Assembly (NCBI GenBank): GCA_020536535.1
Contig: JAHLWZ010000864.1
Location: 1-64,000, forward strand
DNA from: Pelomyxa schiedti
Taxonomy: Eukaryota; Protista; Evosea
Length of the DNA stretch: 64,000 nt
Reading direction: 5' to 3'
The notes under the pieces were generated by a model. That model saw only the letters and a program-made list of their open reading frames with translations, was not told the DNA's origin and did not search any database. A program made the position numbers and the translations under genes. This document shows positions 16,091-29,283 of this stretch, piece after piece (positions within the stretch are counted from its first letter, which is position 1; every line of letters begins with the position of its first letter).

Positions 16091-16306
16091 CGCCGTCGAT
16101 GGCGATCTGTTAATTAATTACTTTTTCCGCGCTCCTCGACGAACGAAACGGTTTTTGTTTCTTCTGTAGTGGACAGACAGAAAGCAGGCCACTTGCTCCT
16201 TGCAAAACCTTTGGTTGTGCTTGGTGTCACAAGATATGGAAAACGACTTGTGGTACTGATATTTTCGACTTATTGTTGGATGCCCTTTCTACCTTCTTTT
16301 TCGGGT

Positions 16307-17002
16307 TCAATCAGTCCCCTTCTTGGTAGCTCTACACAGGCGCTTGTGTTGGGCCCAGTCTCGCCTCTGGCATTGTGGGGAGCAGTACCATGCCACTGAG
16401 CAGGCCGAGCATTTCTTCAAATCAACGTCCTTTCCACACCCTCCATCACATGCTGGGGTAAAATATTGAATGTTACTCAATTAGAAACAAATACAAGCAG
16501 CAGAAACAGGGCACCACCACATCATATTGCTTGGAACAGTGGGTATGGGTATTGGCACACCTTTCCTCACCACCAGCGGGACCTTCTCCTGAGCCGCAAA
16601 GTCCCAGGGCACCCTGGGCGCGTCCGCCCCCCCGCACCTTATGTACCCCCCCTGGATGCTCACCACCAGCCCCGCCGCGTGGGCAAAGTCCCACCCCACC
16701 ACCACGGGGCAGGCCTGCGGGCCCTCCACCACCAGCGCGTCCACGGACACCGGGGCCCGCATGCCCAGCCCCGGCACCAGCAGGTCCACGCGGGCGAGGC
16801 CGCGGGGGCGCACGGGGTCGGGCGCCGGGGGCCGCAGGAAGACGCTGCCCGGGGGCGGCGGGGGCAGGGGCGAGGGCAGCCCCGGCAGCGAGGAGACCAC
16901 GCAGGTCATGGTCTGGTCGATGGCCAGGGCGCAGCCCTCGTGCTCCACCCCATTCACGACGACGTGGTTGTTGGTCCCTGTGCTGTTGGTGCTCGCGCTC
17001 AT
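16307..17002 (-). CDS. Two-exon protein: retropepsin-like (aspartic protease fold) domain + MYND zinc finger
   Basis: Exon 1 (17002-16561): HVVVNGVEHEGCALAIDQTMTCVVSS...PVVVGWDFAHAAGLVVSIQGGYIRCG. A GT-AG intron at 16560-16453 restores frame. Exon 2: ACDGGCGKDVDLKKCSACSVAWYCSPQCQRRDWAQHKRLC (MYND). Confidence 0.8.
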
Positions 17003-17339
17003 TGTGGGCCTACCACCATACAACTAATTCACGATTTCCTGGAAAGTGATCGGATCAACAGGTGCCAGCAGCTTGGACTGACAATTCGCACCCTCATTTT
17101 TTTGTACAGTTGGGGTGTTCTTCCGTGCACAGGACGCAGTCGTATACCCAGTCAATTGAAGCGGCATTCCGAGGGAAAACTAGCTAGGGACCGTTCTGCT
17201 ACCACGTCCAACTACTTGGCTCTTCAGAGCATATTTTTGTTCTTCACAGTCCAGGAACTATTTAGGTTCCCACAAGTCTTAAATCTGAAGGAAACAGGTG
17301 CAGTTCAAGACTGTGAATCCCTGCTTGTCACAGAGAAGT

Positions 17340-18234
17340 TTAGTCGCCACGCTTGTGAATTGGGAACACCAGAAAACAGGTCTCAATTTGTGGCTGTTCC
17401 TTAACCACACGGTGGGAACTAAATTCAGTTTTTTCCTTGGCACCAACAGTGAAGGTGTCGATTTAAAAAGGTGTTAGAGCATTCAAACCCAAACCAGTTG
17501 ATTTGTCACTACTTGTGGGACCCAACTGTGCCAGCCAATCTCAGTTACTGTGCCGGTACTACCTCCATTTATGCGAAGCAACTATGGTTTTCTTTTTTTT
17601 TACCATTTAACAAGAAATATATCCACAAATTCAAAGTACTTGTTAGCACTTGTTGTTATTGTGAGTATTCTCCAGTCAGTGTGGGTGTTTAGCTCTTCCA
17701 TTGTCTGTACAAATTTATCTGTGAGCAGTGTCTGTGTGGCGTTCCTGCTTGTTGGTGACAACAAATTCTGCGGACTGCATTGCACATATGTGTAAGAGTT
17801 TTGATAGTTGCTTTTCAAGTGAACCCAGCCATATGTGGCTGTGGTTGCACGTGGTAGTGTAACTTGGTAGAAGTCTGCCTCATCCTGAATTGCTGATGCT
17901 TCCATTCCTGGTGGGAGCCTCAATTTTCCTGTCCTCATGAATTCCAGAATTGGTGCAAAACAATCTGCACTCCTATCAATAAAATATGCCCCGCTTTCAT
18001 CCCTTTTTTTGTAGTATGTTTAGGAATACCCACTGTGCTTGTTTGCTTGCAAATAAAAGCTCAAAAAAAGTAGATGTTTCCCACGTAGAACGCAACTACA
18101 ACAAACAACCTGACAGATGGCATTCTTCCAGATAACAAGCCCGTGAAAAATGATGACCCTCTGCAGGTCAGAGTTGCCACTGACGTCACAAACAACCTCC
18201 CGCCAACATTTAGCCGCACAATGTCACTCGACAT
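17340..18234 (-). CDS. KCTD-type BTB/POZ (T1) domain protein
   Basis: Spliced MSSDIVRLNVGGRLFVTSVATL...RDESGAYFIDRSADCFAPILEFMRTGKLRLPPG...DEADFYQV. The 3' end is approximate. Confidence 0.88.
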
Positions 18235-18381
18235 TGCACTCGTTTTTCGGTTCGTCCGTTGAAACGGTATCTACTAGGCTTCGTTTTTGTTTTGATTGTT
18301 TCGTGAACGATCAAAAGGACTGAAGTGGTGATTAAACAACATACAAAGGGAACAGTCTCTTGTTGTTTTATTTGGTGTATT

Positions 18382-21300
18382 TTATTGTTGGTGGTTGCGT
18401 CTTCTGGATTTGGGCTTCTCGCGTGCCCATTTGGTCCACTGCCGCTTGTTCTTGGTGTTGACAACATCATAGAAATGGAACCCAATGCGGTTCTTCTTGT
18501 CCTTCTCAATCATGTCTGATTGCACATTTCTCACCTTTGTTGGCTTGGAGAAATCCCAAGCATAGGCTGGCTTCCGTGTCCTCTTGGGTCCTTTCAGCCT
18601 AACTGGCTTCTTTTCAGCTTCAGGTTCTGGGATAAAAAGATTAGTGTATTGTAATTAGTGTGTTACGGTAATTGAAAGTGGAAAAGATACCATTTTTGGC
18701 TGGGGGTGCATATGTAACCCAGTATTCAGGGGCCGGTCCTAGAGAGAGGGTTGGAAGTGTCCCAGTAGTAATCACTTCTGATAGGTTCATGCTAGTGGCT
18801 GTGCCTTTGGATTTTTTCTTTGGTTTGTCTTCTTCAAGTATAGTTTCAATCCACGACTTTTTAGTTGATTTCCCCTTCCTTGCAGCTTTGGGTTTGCTTA
18901 CGGATGTAGTTGTTGAGGTAGTGGTTGTGGTGTCCTCTGGGGTGTCAACTTCTTCTGGTTCTTCTACTTCACTTGGGGTTGTTGAAGGCACACTGCCTGA
19001 AACTTCATCATCAGGCTTCACTTTACGAGCTTTTGTTGGTTCTTTCGGGGTCTCCTTAACTCTTTCTCTTTTTACACGTGGTGGGATAGGTGAATCATCA
19101 GCCGGTGGATCATCCTCACCGGTTTGCCCTTTGCGCTTTCTTTTCCGAGATTTGAGTTCTTTCTCCGTGACTGCGTCATCACCACCTTTGTGTTCTGCAA
19201 GAACGACGAGTCCGTCATCACCGTCGTCGTCGTCGTCTTCCAGTAGCTTATTTACTGCGTGAGTGTACTTAGACATGGCATAGAGTGTACCTTCGGTTTA
19301 ACTTGGTCCCAGTCAATCTCGTCGTTATCGGAATCACTGTAGTCACTGTCAGAGTAAGTCAACGACTCTAATTTATTTTGAACTGGTCAGAAAGTGGATG
19401 GTTAAGCTTAAAATAGACCAGATGTGGGAGGTAAAAGGTTGCTGGCGCTATTAGACGGGGCAATAATATCCGAGTCAAGGAAGTCAAATGCTGGCTGGAC
19501 TTCGTTGAAATTTTGAACTGGTATTGGGACAGCTGCCTAGTTTTGTTGTTAAGTGCAGTTACTGAGGTCAGCCCTCTCAACCTTGTCAACTTTAAGCCGT
19601 GTCTTCTTTTGTCCACTTTCTTCTTCGGACTCTTTTGCCGTGGTTTGAGTGAGGTCAACAGCCTCGGCGGAAGTATTTTCCCCCACTGTGATAGGACGAG
19701 CATCAAGAGAAACCTGTTTGGCAGAAGCAGTTGAAGAATCTGTTGCAGAGTCCGCGTTTTCTTTTTTGACTGTGACACTTTCGATTCTTGTTGTCCCATC
19801 TTCTGGTGCATTTATTGTCTCCGCCTTGGCGGCCTCTGATTTTACTTCAGGTTGCTGTTGCAACTGCTGCAATCGTTTTGGATCAATTGGTGGTGGTACA
19901 AAGTAAGGTATTTTCCCACGCTGAAAATCATTTAGAATCATTTTTGCAACTGTACCGAGATCTGGTTCTCCTTTCTAATGTATTAGGCATTGTTTATAAC
20001 CGAAAATAAACCTGCAGAAGTTTTCCGGAGCGTACAGCAAGCTGGGACATGAAGTCAACATCATCAGTCCACTGTGGTACATCGTAGGTGCGTTGGATAT
20101 ATTCCGGTTTTACCCTTGCCAGTAGTGCTTTGATGTGCTCTGTTGGATCCTCTAGATTTTCGACTCGCACCACACCTTTTTTTTACCCCCAGTGAGTAAA
20201 AACGAGATCATGGAAGTATCGAATGAACCTTTCAGGACAATGTCAGACTCGGAATCTTGAGAGGGATAGATAACACCAGGGCAGTCAATGAGGAAAATAC
20301 GTTTCATTAAAGTGATATATTGCCAAACCTAATAATATTGGACTCTGAAAGTACACAGCTCGAATACCTTAGTTTCACCAGCACGGGGTGCTACTTTACA
20401 AACTTTCTTACTTCTCAAAGTGTTGATAATACTGCTCTTGCCAACATTTGGATAACCCACAAAACCAACACTGATTTGACGCTCCTCCTGGTGCAATTTT
20501 GCAAATTGTCTAAATGTCGTCAACCCATGAAGAGAGTAAACTAAAAAAAACCTCAGTAATTGAATAAGAGAGCCCTTCCCAAAGGGGTTGGTCATCGAGG
20601 CGTGGAACGCTATTGTGGGGTATTCCTTTGAAAGGACTTGAACCCACTCCGCCTGTAGGAAGTTATTGGAAGTATAATACTGAAGTACGGAGGTTTACTG
20701 TTGCCCATTTTGGTATGAGATCACATTTATTCAACAACAACACGACGTGTTTATGTCGGTGATCTTTTTTAAGCATGTCTTCAAGGTACTTGCATCTTGA
20801 GGCTGTTGGGACCAACAATAAGTATTTGAATCAGTACCTTGTCCCCATGGGATCGCGTGCATCAAGTACTTGTACAATGACATCAGATGAATCAATTACC
20901 TGCAACTGTTTGAGTCCTAGAAAGAAAAATGTTTAGTCAGTACTTTCCACAATTCACCCCATATTCTATGGGATTGGCCTTTGCTATAAATCAGTTGGCG
21001 AACTGCGGGCTTTGCTTCTTCCACTGCTTTAACATTTCTATCACTTCCCTTATCACTGTATTTGCCTTGTGTATATTAATTACCGAAAAGACGCATTCAA
21101 TCATTGTAACCTTGAGAAGACTCTGCCTGTACTCGATATTCATCGAGATCCCCAAAATTCAACTTAGCTCTCTTTCTTTGAGCCTTATTACCAAAGGTGT
21201 GTGCATAACTCTCGACATCGAGTATGTGGGGTGTAGCTTCCTAGAAAGAATTTCGCATAAGATGAGAAACTAAATGAACTAAAAGGCACCTTCTCTTCGG

Positions 21301-21870
21301 TGGACAGAAGACCCCAAGGTAGCTTTCGGGACTTCAATAAAACAGTGTAGGGATTGTTGGTTGCTTTTTGCAGTTCATCACGGAAGGTGGTTAGTTCAGT
21401 CTGGCCAACAGTGTGCACATTACCTAATATTGGTAAGGAAGCTTTTCACATAAACATATATACCGAACCAGCGGCGGTCAGGAGCAATTCTAGCGTTGGG
21501 CAAGTCTCTGGAATGGTGTTCCTAAGAGTCATTAATTCCGTAATACCATCCAACAAAAACCACACACCTGGTATATGAATTTACCGTTCCTATCATGAAT
21601 AGCTTTTCCTCCACGGTACATATTCAGCCTCAGAATGTCTGATCTGAAAGAAAGAGTCACCAACAATGCAAACATTGAGGAAAAGCCCGCAATTCGAAAA
21701 AAAAAACAACACCCAAGAACAAAAAGGAAAGAAAAACCAAAACAAACAACGAGCCTTGTTCTCATGCCGGCACCCCTGGGCGTCGGTCTCTCAGGATTCG
21801 TGGAAGCATTTTGCGACCTGTATCGCCGTGTGCCGGTGAACGACGGCCTGTTCTTGGAGTTGGGTTGCAT
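18382..21870 (-). CDS. NOG2: Nucleolar GTP-binding protein 2 (circularly permuted GTPase)
   Basis: ASTNPER...[10 protein letters not shown]-terminus, [49 protein letters not shown], and a basic C-terminal tail. Multi-exon. Confidence 0.95.
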
Positions 21871-22191
21871 TTGACAGTTATGGGAACGATGACGGGGTCC
21901 GCAAAGAGGCCTTGTGGATGTCGACTTGTGTGGGCGAGGGGACTAGTGACCCACCCCTGTTATTGATGATAGCAATAAACAGAATGTTTGCAACTGAAAC
22001 AGAAAAGAAAACTTTAAAAAACCGAGTTCTGCGAATCAGCGGTTCCCAGCTGCTGCTGGAGGGGACATCCTCATTCTCTCACTCGTTTCCCATGGTGTTA
22101 ACATTCAATACCGTCGCACGCCCGGCTCAGTGGCACAGTCGGAGTCCCGTTTAATCCCCCGTGATGGAATTTTCCCTAGAAAGGAAAAAAG

Positions 22192-25100
22192 ATGAGCTCA
22201 TCGCGCTCCTCGCGGCGAGACACTACGAGGCACCATCACAGCCACCACGAATACGACAGCCACGGTAACCGGTCATCCTCCTCCCCTTCCTCCCATAATC
22301 GCCACCACGGGTCACAGAACGGGGAGCCCCTGGTCCCCGCAACCCACGAAATCCCTGCCCCCAGCACCACCACCACCGCCACTACTTCCCTCGTATCGGT
22401 CACGCACCAACCCCCACAATCACCGCCGACGCCGGCACCGGCCTCAGCATCGTCATCGTCAACATCAACATGCACACGGTCGCAGTCCCCCCCTTATGAC
22501 GAGAAACCACGGCCCCCAAGATTGCCTCAGGCAACAGTACCGCCCCGCCAGGTCTCCGTGCCCTTCCTTCCCATAACTGCAACCACAAACCCAGCAGACC
22601 ACAGCAGCAAGGAAGTGATGCCATCACAACCCGGCACCGTGGGAATCGACAGCGGGGGCGGGCCAGGGCGTGGGGCTGAGGTTGGCAAGGGCGGAGGGGG
22701 AGCCACTACAGATGCCAACTGTCCCATAATTACAGAGGGCCATAGCAGCGCATGTGGCGCGGAAGGTGCTTGTGGCAGCGGAAGAACACCCGCCTCGCAT
22801 GACGACGATCGCTCCAATGGGAAAACGGGTGGCGGCGGCCCCAATTATGGGAGCGGCTCTGGGCGCAGAAATGGAAATGATGGCACCCTGATGCCGCCGC
22901 CAAAGGCGACCAGTTATGGGAGGTCAGGCCAGCGAAATTCGGGTGACGAGGACAATGGCACCACCCATAATGCATCATCATCCTCCACCCACAGGGGGCA
23001 GGATCAAACAGGGAAAAGCGCTGAGCATTTGCAACGGGACACCCGTGGGCCTCAGAGGCCAAATTGCCGGGCTGAATCAACGGGCACTGGGCCCACTGAA
23101 CCCAAACTTTATGCTTGGCCTGACCACTACTGCCGATTGCTTAGTGAGACATTTTTCTCCACCCCTGGCAGCGTTATCAGAAAAGGCAGCCAAGATGAAA
23201 AAGACTTTTGGGACTTCCTCTCCAAGTACGAATCACACAAAGCTTCCTCTGTGCACAAGCCTCCGCCTCCAAGAGCTTCAGTTCAAAAAGAGAATCGGCT
23301 TGGGTTGCCAATGCAATTTGATCCCCGGTACAAGGTCAATTTCTCGACAATGCTCAATGCCTCGAGAATTGGTCCAGCAGGGTTATCTGGGCGAAAAACC
23401 TTTCAAGATGGTCATTACTCTTCATGGAAATCAGGAGATAGAGTGAGTGCATCAAGAGACAGTGAAAATGACTCTGAACCTTTCACAATTTCGATGGAGC
23501 AAGTATCGGAATTCAGGAAAGCAGTCCACTTGTTTGCTGACTTCCAACAAAAGAAGAAGTTCGACAGATTAGTAAAAATTCGTAAAGACAGACAAGCACT
23601 TCCAATTGCTCGCCACGCAGCCGAGATTGTTGATACTGTGCAAAGAAATAGTGTTGTTGTCATTGCTGGTGATACAGGCTGTGGCAAATCGACTCAGGTA
23701 GGCTTCATATCTCTTTGTTTTCTTGGAAATAACATGCACTCAGGTTCCTCAATATCTGCTGCATTCTGGATTTCAACACATTGCCTGCACACAACCTAGA
23801 AGGATTGCATGCATGGCGTTGTGCCGCCGCGTTGCTGTGGAGACCTTAAATGAATTTGGCACCAGCATAGCATATCAGGTGCGATTTGATACAAGTAAAG
23901 CCCGTGACACCCGGATTCTATTTTTGACAGAGGGGTTACTTTTACGGCAGGCTGCCTCTGATCCACTGCTCACAATGTACGATGTCATTATCATTGACGA
24001 AGTCCATGAACGGCACTTATTTGGAGATTTCCTACTGGGTGTGCTACGAGATCTTGTACTGAGTGGGAAACGTCCCTCCCTAAAGTTGGTTTTGATGAGT
24101 GCCACAATCAACGTGAACATGTTTTCTGATTACTTTGCTGGGGCCCCAGTAGTACTTGTCCCAGGTCGGCTTTTTTCAATTGACGTAAGATACATGCCCG
24201 CTGATGAGAACAGTTCTCATGTTGATGAAGCACTTGCCCTTGCAAAAACAGTAGCAGCTGAAGGAGGAAAGGCAGCAAACATACTCGTTGCAAATCAGCA
24301 GAAACAGTTAGATTTGCGCCCATACCTACGAGTCATTGATTTAATCGACCAAGAATTTCCCTGTATGAAGGAGCGTGGTGATGTACTTATTTTCATGAGT
24401 GGCATGAAAGAAATTTTATCCCTTGCCGAAGAAGTCAGCAAGCATACAGCTTCCAGTAAACAGTGGATAGTGCTGCTGCTGCATAGTGCACTTTCTGTGG
24501 AAGAACAAGACAAAGTATTCGACATTGCTCCTGAGGGAACTCGAAAGTGCATTATATCCACAAACATAGCAGAAACGTCCGTTACTATTGATGGTATTCG
24601 CTTCGTTGTTGACAGTGGAAAGGTCAAGGAAATGGGATATGACCAAGAATGCAAAATGCAACGTCTACAGGAGTATTGGGTGAGTCAGGCCAGTGCAGAA
24701 CAACGTAAGGGTAGAGCTGGAAGGACTGGACCGGGAGTCTGCTTCCGCCTTTATTCCCGTACGGAATTTAATCACTTCTTACCCTATACTGTCCCAGAGA
24801 TCCTACGTGTTCCTCTTGAAAGTGTTGTACTTCAGATTAAAGCTTTGGAGTTGGGTGATCCACGAGTTTTTAAATTTGTGCAATCTCCTGGAGCTGATGT
24901 GATTACGATGTCAGTAAACTCTCTTAAAACTCACCAAGCACTGTGTGACAACTCTCGCGAGGATGTGACACCTCTTGGAGTTGTTCTCTCTCGCCTTCCT
25001 GTTGAAGTTCCTATTGGAAAAATTCTCGTTCTTGGGACTTTATTTCGTGTCCTTGAACCACTGATTGTGATGGCAGCAGCATTGACAGTTCAATCACCTT

Positions 25101-26942
25101 TTGTGATGAGGCGGAGAAAAGATTCTTCGTCAATCAATAACAATGATGAACAAGATGCCAAAGAGTTCTTTTCTGATCACGGTGATCCATTTACACTTTT
25201 ATCTGTGTATAATGCTTGGATTGAAGCCAAAGTTCACCACGAAGCAACCCGTACATGGTGCCGTAAGAGAGGAATTGAAGAGCAACGGTTGTACGAGCTC
25301 ACAAAGCTTGCTGAGCAATTTAAGGAGCTCTTACAAGATGCAGGCTTACTCGATTCTTCCTACACAGAGAGAACGGTTCTTCCAACTAAAAGAACCAATC
25401 CTCACCGGAAAGAACTCCGGAGATTGCAGGTAGAACGTGATCGAGCCCGAAAAAGACGGGTCCTTTCCCTGAAAGATGATGATTTCGCAGCAGACAACGA
25501 GGAAAAGGATGAGGGGTCCGGTGAGGAAATCGATATCAAAGATGTGGATTTCATGTTAAGTCATGACCTAGAGAACGCTCACCCAAAGGACCATACACTT
25601 GAACGTGAAGAAATTACACTTCTAAAAGCAATATTGTGTTCTGGCTTGTACCCAAATGTAGCACTACCTGATGAACACAATGCCTTCCACAAAGAATCAG
25701 AACAGACTTATCACACATCTTACAAAGAGTTCGTCAACGTCCACCCCACCTCAGTTTTTGCAAGCTGTACTGATTTTCAGCAGACAGAGGTCTTAGTTTA
25801 TGTTACCCTTCTGCATACTAATAAGCCATACATCACAAATGCTATACGGGTGTGCCTACTGTTCCTTTCTTATCTTGTCTAAAAGAGGTCAATAGGTTCC
25901 AGCATTGCAGAATCTTTTGATGTTTGCGCATGAAGTCGATACCAACGAATCCTGCACACGCATTGTGATTGATCACTGGCTACAATTCGACCTTGGGCAC
26001 ACTGATGTGGCACAAAATTTATTGCGTACTGTTCATGCACTACGCAGTACCCTAAACGAAATGATGGCGAAAAAGTTGGCTGTCAGTGCAAGTAATATTG
26101 CAGCCGCCAATGAGCGCCGAAATAGTTCCTCTACAAATTTCTATGATCAAATGAAAGGCACTCAACAACACCCCACAGAAGTTAATGAAACCTCCACTGA
26201 GACCGAACTTGCCGCATCACTCACAGAATTCCTCGAAACATCAGTGAGTCACCGGCTTAAACGGCTGCGTGACTTTGAAGTGAGAGCAATATTCGGCATT
26301 GGTGCAACAACAGCCAATTCCACGGCTACCAAATCGGCAGACCTGGACACCATGCAACAACTGGACCAGTTGCAGCAACAGCAGCAAATCGGCGTAATCA
26401 GGCGCCCCGAAAGCGTACGAGTGACAGAATATCTGTGGTGGAATAGCATCCCCGACAGGCTACCCGCTGCAGCTTCCTTCAGTGACCACATGATGCAGAA
26501 ATGGACCTGCCCGGACTGTAAAGGTTCTTTCCTATTCAACCGCGCTGCGCTTCTGAGCCACATAGAGCGCGAATGCCCCTCCATCAAGGCACCAACTGCT
26601 CCATCCACACCAGCAACATCAACAAACAAGCCTCCTTCTTCCAGTACCACCGCTTCTACACCAAAGGTCCCCCAACCAGTTAAGCTCGGCACTGCATTGC
26701 GCGATACACCCCAAACACCTGCCACTGGCGTGGAGAACACTGACGACACCGATTCCAGTACTGCAGTCAATGATGATGGAGAAATGCCTTTTTCACCACA
26801 AGAAAGCAACACGAGCAACAGTAACACCAGGATGGTGTACTGGTGCAACACGTGTGCCAAAACACTCCTATTTACTCCAACAGAGATGTTGCAACACACA
26901 AAGTCACACACAGGAATTGCACAGTCTACACTGGGACTTTAA
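22192..26942 (+). CDS. DHX34: DEAH-box RNA helicase DHX34
   Basis: GDTGCGKSTQ, CTQPRRIA, DEVHER, MSAT, STNIAETSVTID and QRKGRAGR. C-terminal YWCNTCAKTLLFTPTEMLQHTKSH is DHX34-like. Two introns. Confidence 0.93.
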
Positions 26943-27027
26943 ACAACTCCCCATTGTTGTGTTCAGAAATTTTTTAAACTAAGAAGAACCATGGAGAACA
27001 AAAGAAATGATTGTTTTACTCCCAAAA

Positions 27028-28095
27028 TTAGCCCTCTGTGCGAGAGTAAGTGTAATAGTGACTGGGAAGATAACACACCCCAAATTCTGTTAAGCCTGTC
27101 ACCTGGGATCATGTTACGTACCGCACCATCACGTGTCAATACAACGGTTCGAATTAGACCACCAGAGGATCCATCACGAGCCATGGCGAGTGTGAGAGCT
27201 AGTGTAAGAGTGAGCTCGTTTAATGTATTAACGAATTTGTGAGGCTTGTACCATTAACAACAAAATTGACACATTCATCTTGGGTCATATTCGGCCTATA
27301 ATTGGCATCACAGTATCCAAAAATATACGTTGACCCAGATCCTAACGCGGTTTCGAACAATAACATTGAAGTGCGGGCGAAAATACCTCCAATGGAAAAT
27401 GGTTGCTTTATTAACGTGCCTCCTAGAGGAATTGTCCAAACACTGGGACCGTCCTGATCAACGCCAGCTACAATGACACCAGCCTTTGTAGGATTAGACA
27501 TGGAAAGCGGGTTACAAAGTAGGCTTACCAGCAGGTGATTCTTGTTAGCATAACAAAGTTGTTGGAAAAGTGAGGCAGCCGTTTTGACTGCTGGAGCTTC
27601 GCCAGTTTCACCACTAAAAAACGATAGAACAATGAGATAACAGTAAGAAAAGGGAGGCAAACTTACCAGTGCATCTTGAGGTAATACGTAACATAGTCAG
27701 AGAGTGTTTGTGTATCGGCAGCAGAACCAGATCTGCAAACGAAGATTTTTTCATGAACGCGGGTAATCTTGTTGGTAACACGATTGGCAATGAAGCTGCC
27801 TGTCAAATTGTCACCACACGTGAGCCTTTTTTCGTACGAACAAAAGAAAAAAAAAAAAAAAAAACACAACAAAAAACTGTCAGCAAGGACACACATACCT
27901 GTTGTGGTTCGCGAGTCAGCACCAAGTACGACACCGTCCTTGAACTGTACAGCCATGATGGACGTCTGCATTGCGCACGCAAACAAACAAACAAACAAAA
28001 AAAAAACCCATGAGCACAATGAAAATGGGTACCGCTGTGGTGTAGTGGGGGTTGGGAGGTGTCGCATACCCCCATCATGTGCTCATCACCTCCAA
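27028..28095 (-). CDS. PSMB6: 20S proteasome subunit beta 1
   Basis: Spliced [12 protein letters not shown]|[23 protein letters not shown] (propeptide and catalytic Thr1), [23 protein letters not shown] and MARDGSSGG. Confidence 0.96.
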
Positions 28096-28377
28096 AACCC
28101 TCCATTTCTTTCTTTGTTTGTTTTCTTTCTTGGTTTGCAATCGCCTTTGATGCCACGGAAGTTTGGAGATTCTCACACCCATAATGCTTAGCTTCAAGAC
28201 GACTGTGCTTGTTTAAAATGTGAGCTCACCTAGGGTTCCCGGAGCTCAGCAGACGATTGGTATGTTTTTGGCTCCACAGGGACGGGAAATATCAACAGTA
28301 AATAGGGAAGAAATTTTTATTAATTATTAACACTGTTTTTGAACAGAACAACATTCCCCACCAGGACTGCCCCTAGT

Positions 28378-29049
28378 TTAGATTCTGTGCTCGTCATCGT
28401 CGTCGAGGAGGGAAGGCTGTGTCCACCCTCTTGTGATCCAATCTGGGCAAATCCTTGTGCAACCAAACAAAGCGCAGCACGACGCAATGCACTGCAAGCG
28501 TATCTCGGATAGAGTCTGCATCCTAAGTCTATCAGCAGCAGCCACTCTTACAGCGGGGTCGATGTCATGCCCAGCAGTGAGTATTGCCCCCGATCCTATT
28601 TAGGTATAAGTCAAAAATTAAAAATAGAGGCCGTGCATTGTGAGTGTACTAGGCCAGAGAATAGTGGATGAAATTTTATAGTTATAATAGCAGCTCAATA
28701 AATAAGTATTACATGACACACTCACGCTGTTGTGCGTAGTCAAACAGAGTGTAGTCACCAGCCTCGAAGCCCTGGGCTGGTTCCAGCAGGGTGATGTTAC
28801 CAGGGTCACCCTTGACCTTGAGGCCGCCACCGCGTATGCACAAGTGGTCTCTTATCTGGGCCAGGTGGACACCTGCTGGGTACTCGGCACGGGGCACTGT
28901 GTCCTTGGGTTGGTCGTTTGTTGTTGGTTGTTGCATGTGTTGTGGTTGTTGTGTGGTATGACAGCCAAAACAACGGTTCGAATTTAAAGGGGCGTTGCTC
29001 GTACCACGTCGTCCAAGAATATCCGAACGGTGCCACTAAGAAACGACAT
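28378..29049 (-). CDS. Small three-exon hypothetical protein (~145 aa)
   Basis: ATG at 29049. Two GT-AG introns join MSFLSGTVRIFLDDV / DTVPRAEYPAGVHL...DYAQQ / RSGAILTAG...DDDDEHRI* in frame. No recognisable family. Confidence 0.45.
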
Positions 29050-29283
29050 TTTGTTTGGTTTATTTGCCTACCAGATCCCTGATGAGCTTCTCTCTGCCTC
29101 CATGACTGAGGGAAGAACCGAGTTTAGGTAGAACTGGCTCGGTTAATGCAGTAGTTGGGTTGTGACTGAGTCCTCTTAGAAAGGGGTTCCTGGGGAAAGC
29201 GAAAGGTACGATTGTTTTTAATCAAGTGCCTGCGGCGAACGGAAATTTAATACTCGTTCGGAAAGTAAAGATCGATTGCGCAC

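Noticed and set aside
16466-17404. 312-aa plus-strand ORF and other overlapping ORFs
   Set aside because: Stop-poor by-product of the GC-rich exon; the minus strand carries the recognisable domains and splice sites.
18672-19262. 196-aa plus-strand ORF
   Set aside because: Antisense to the low-complexity NOG2 tail.
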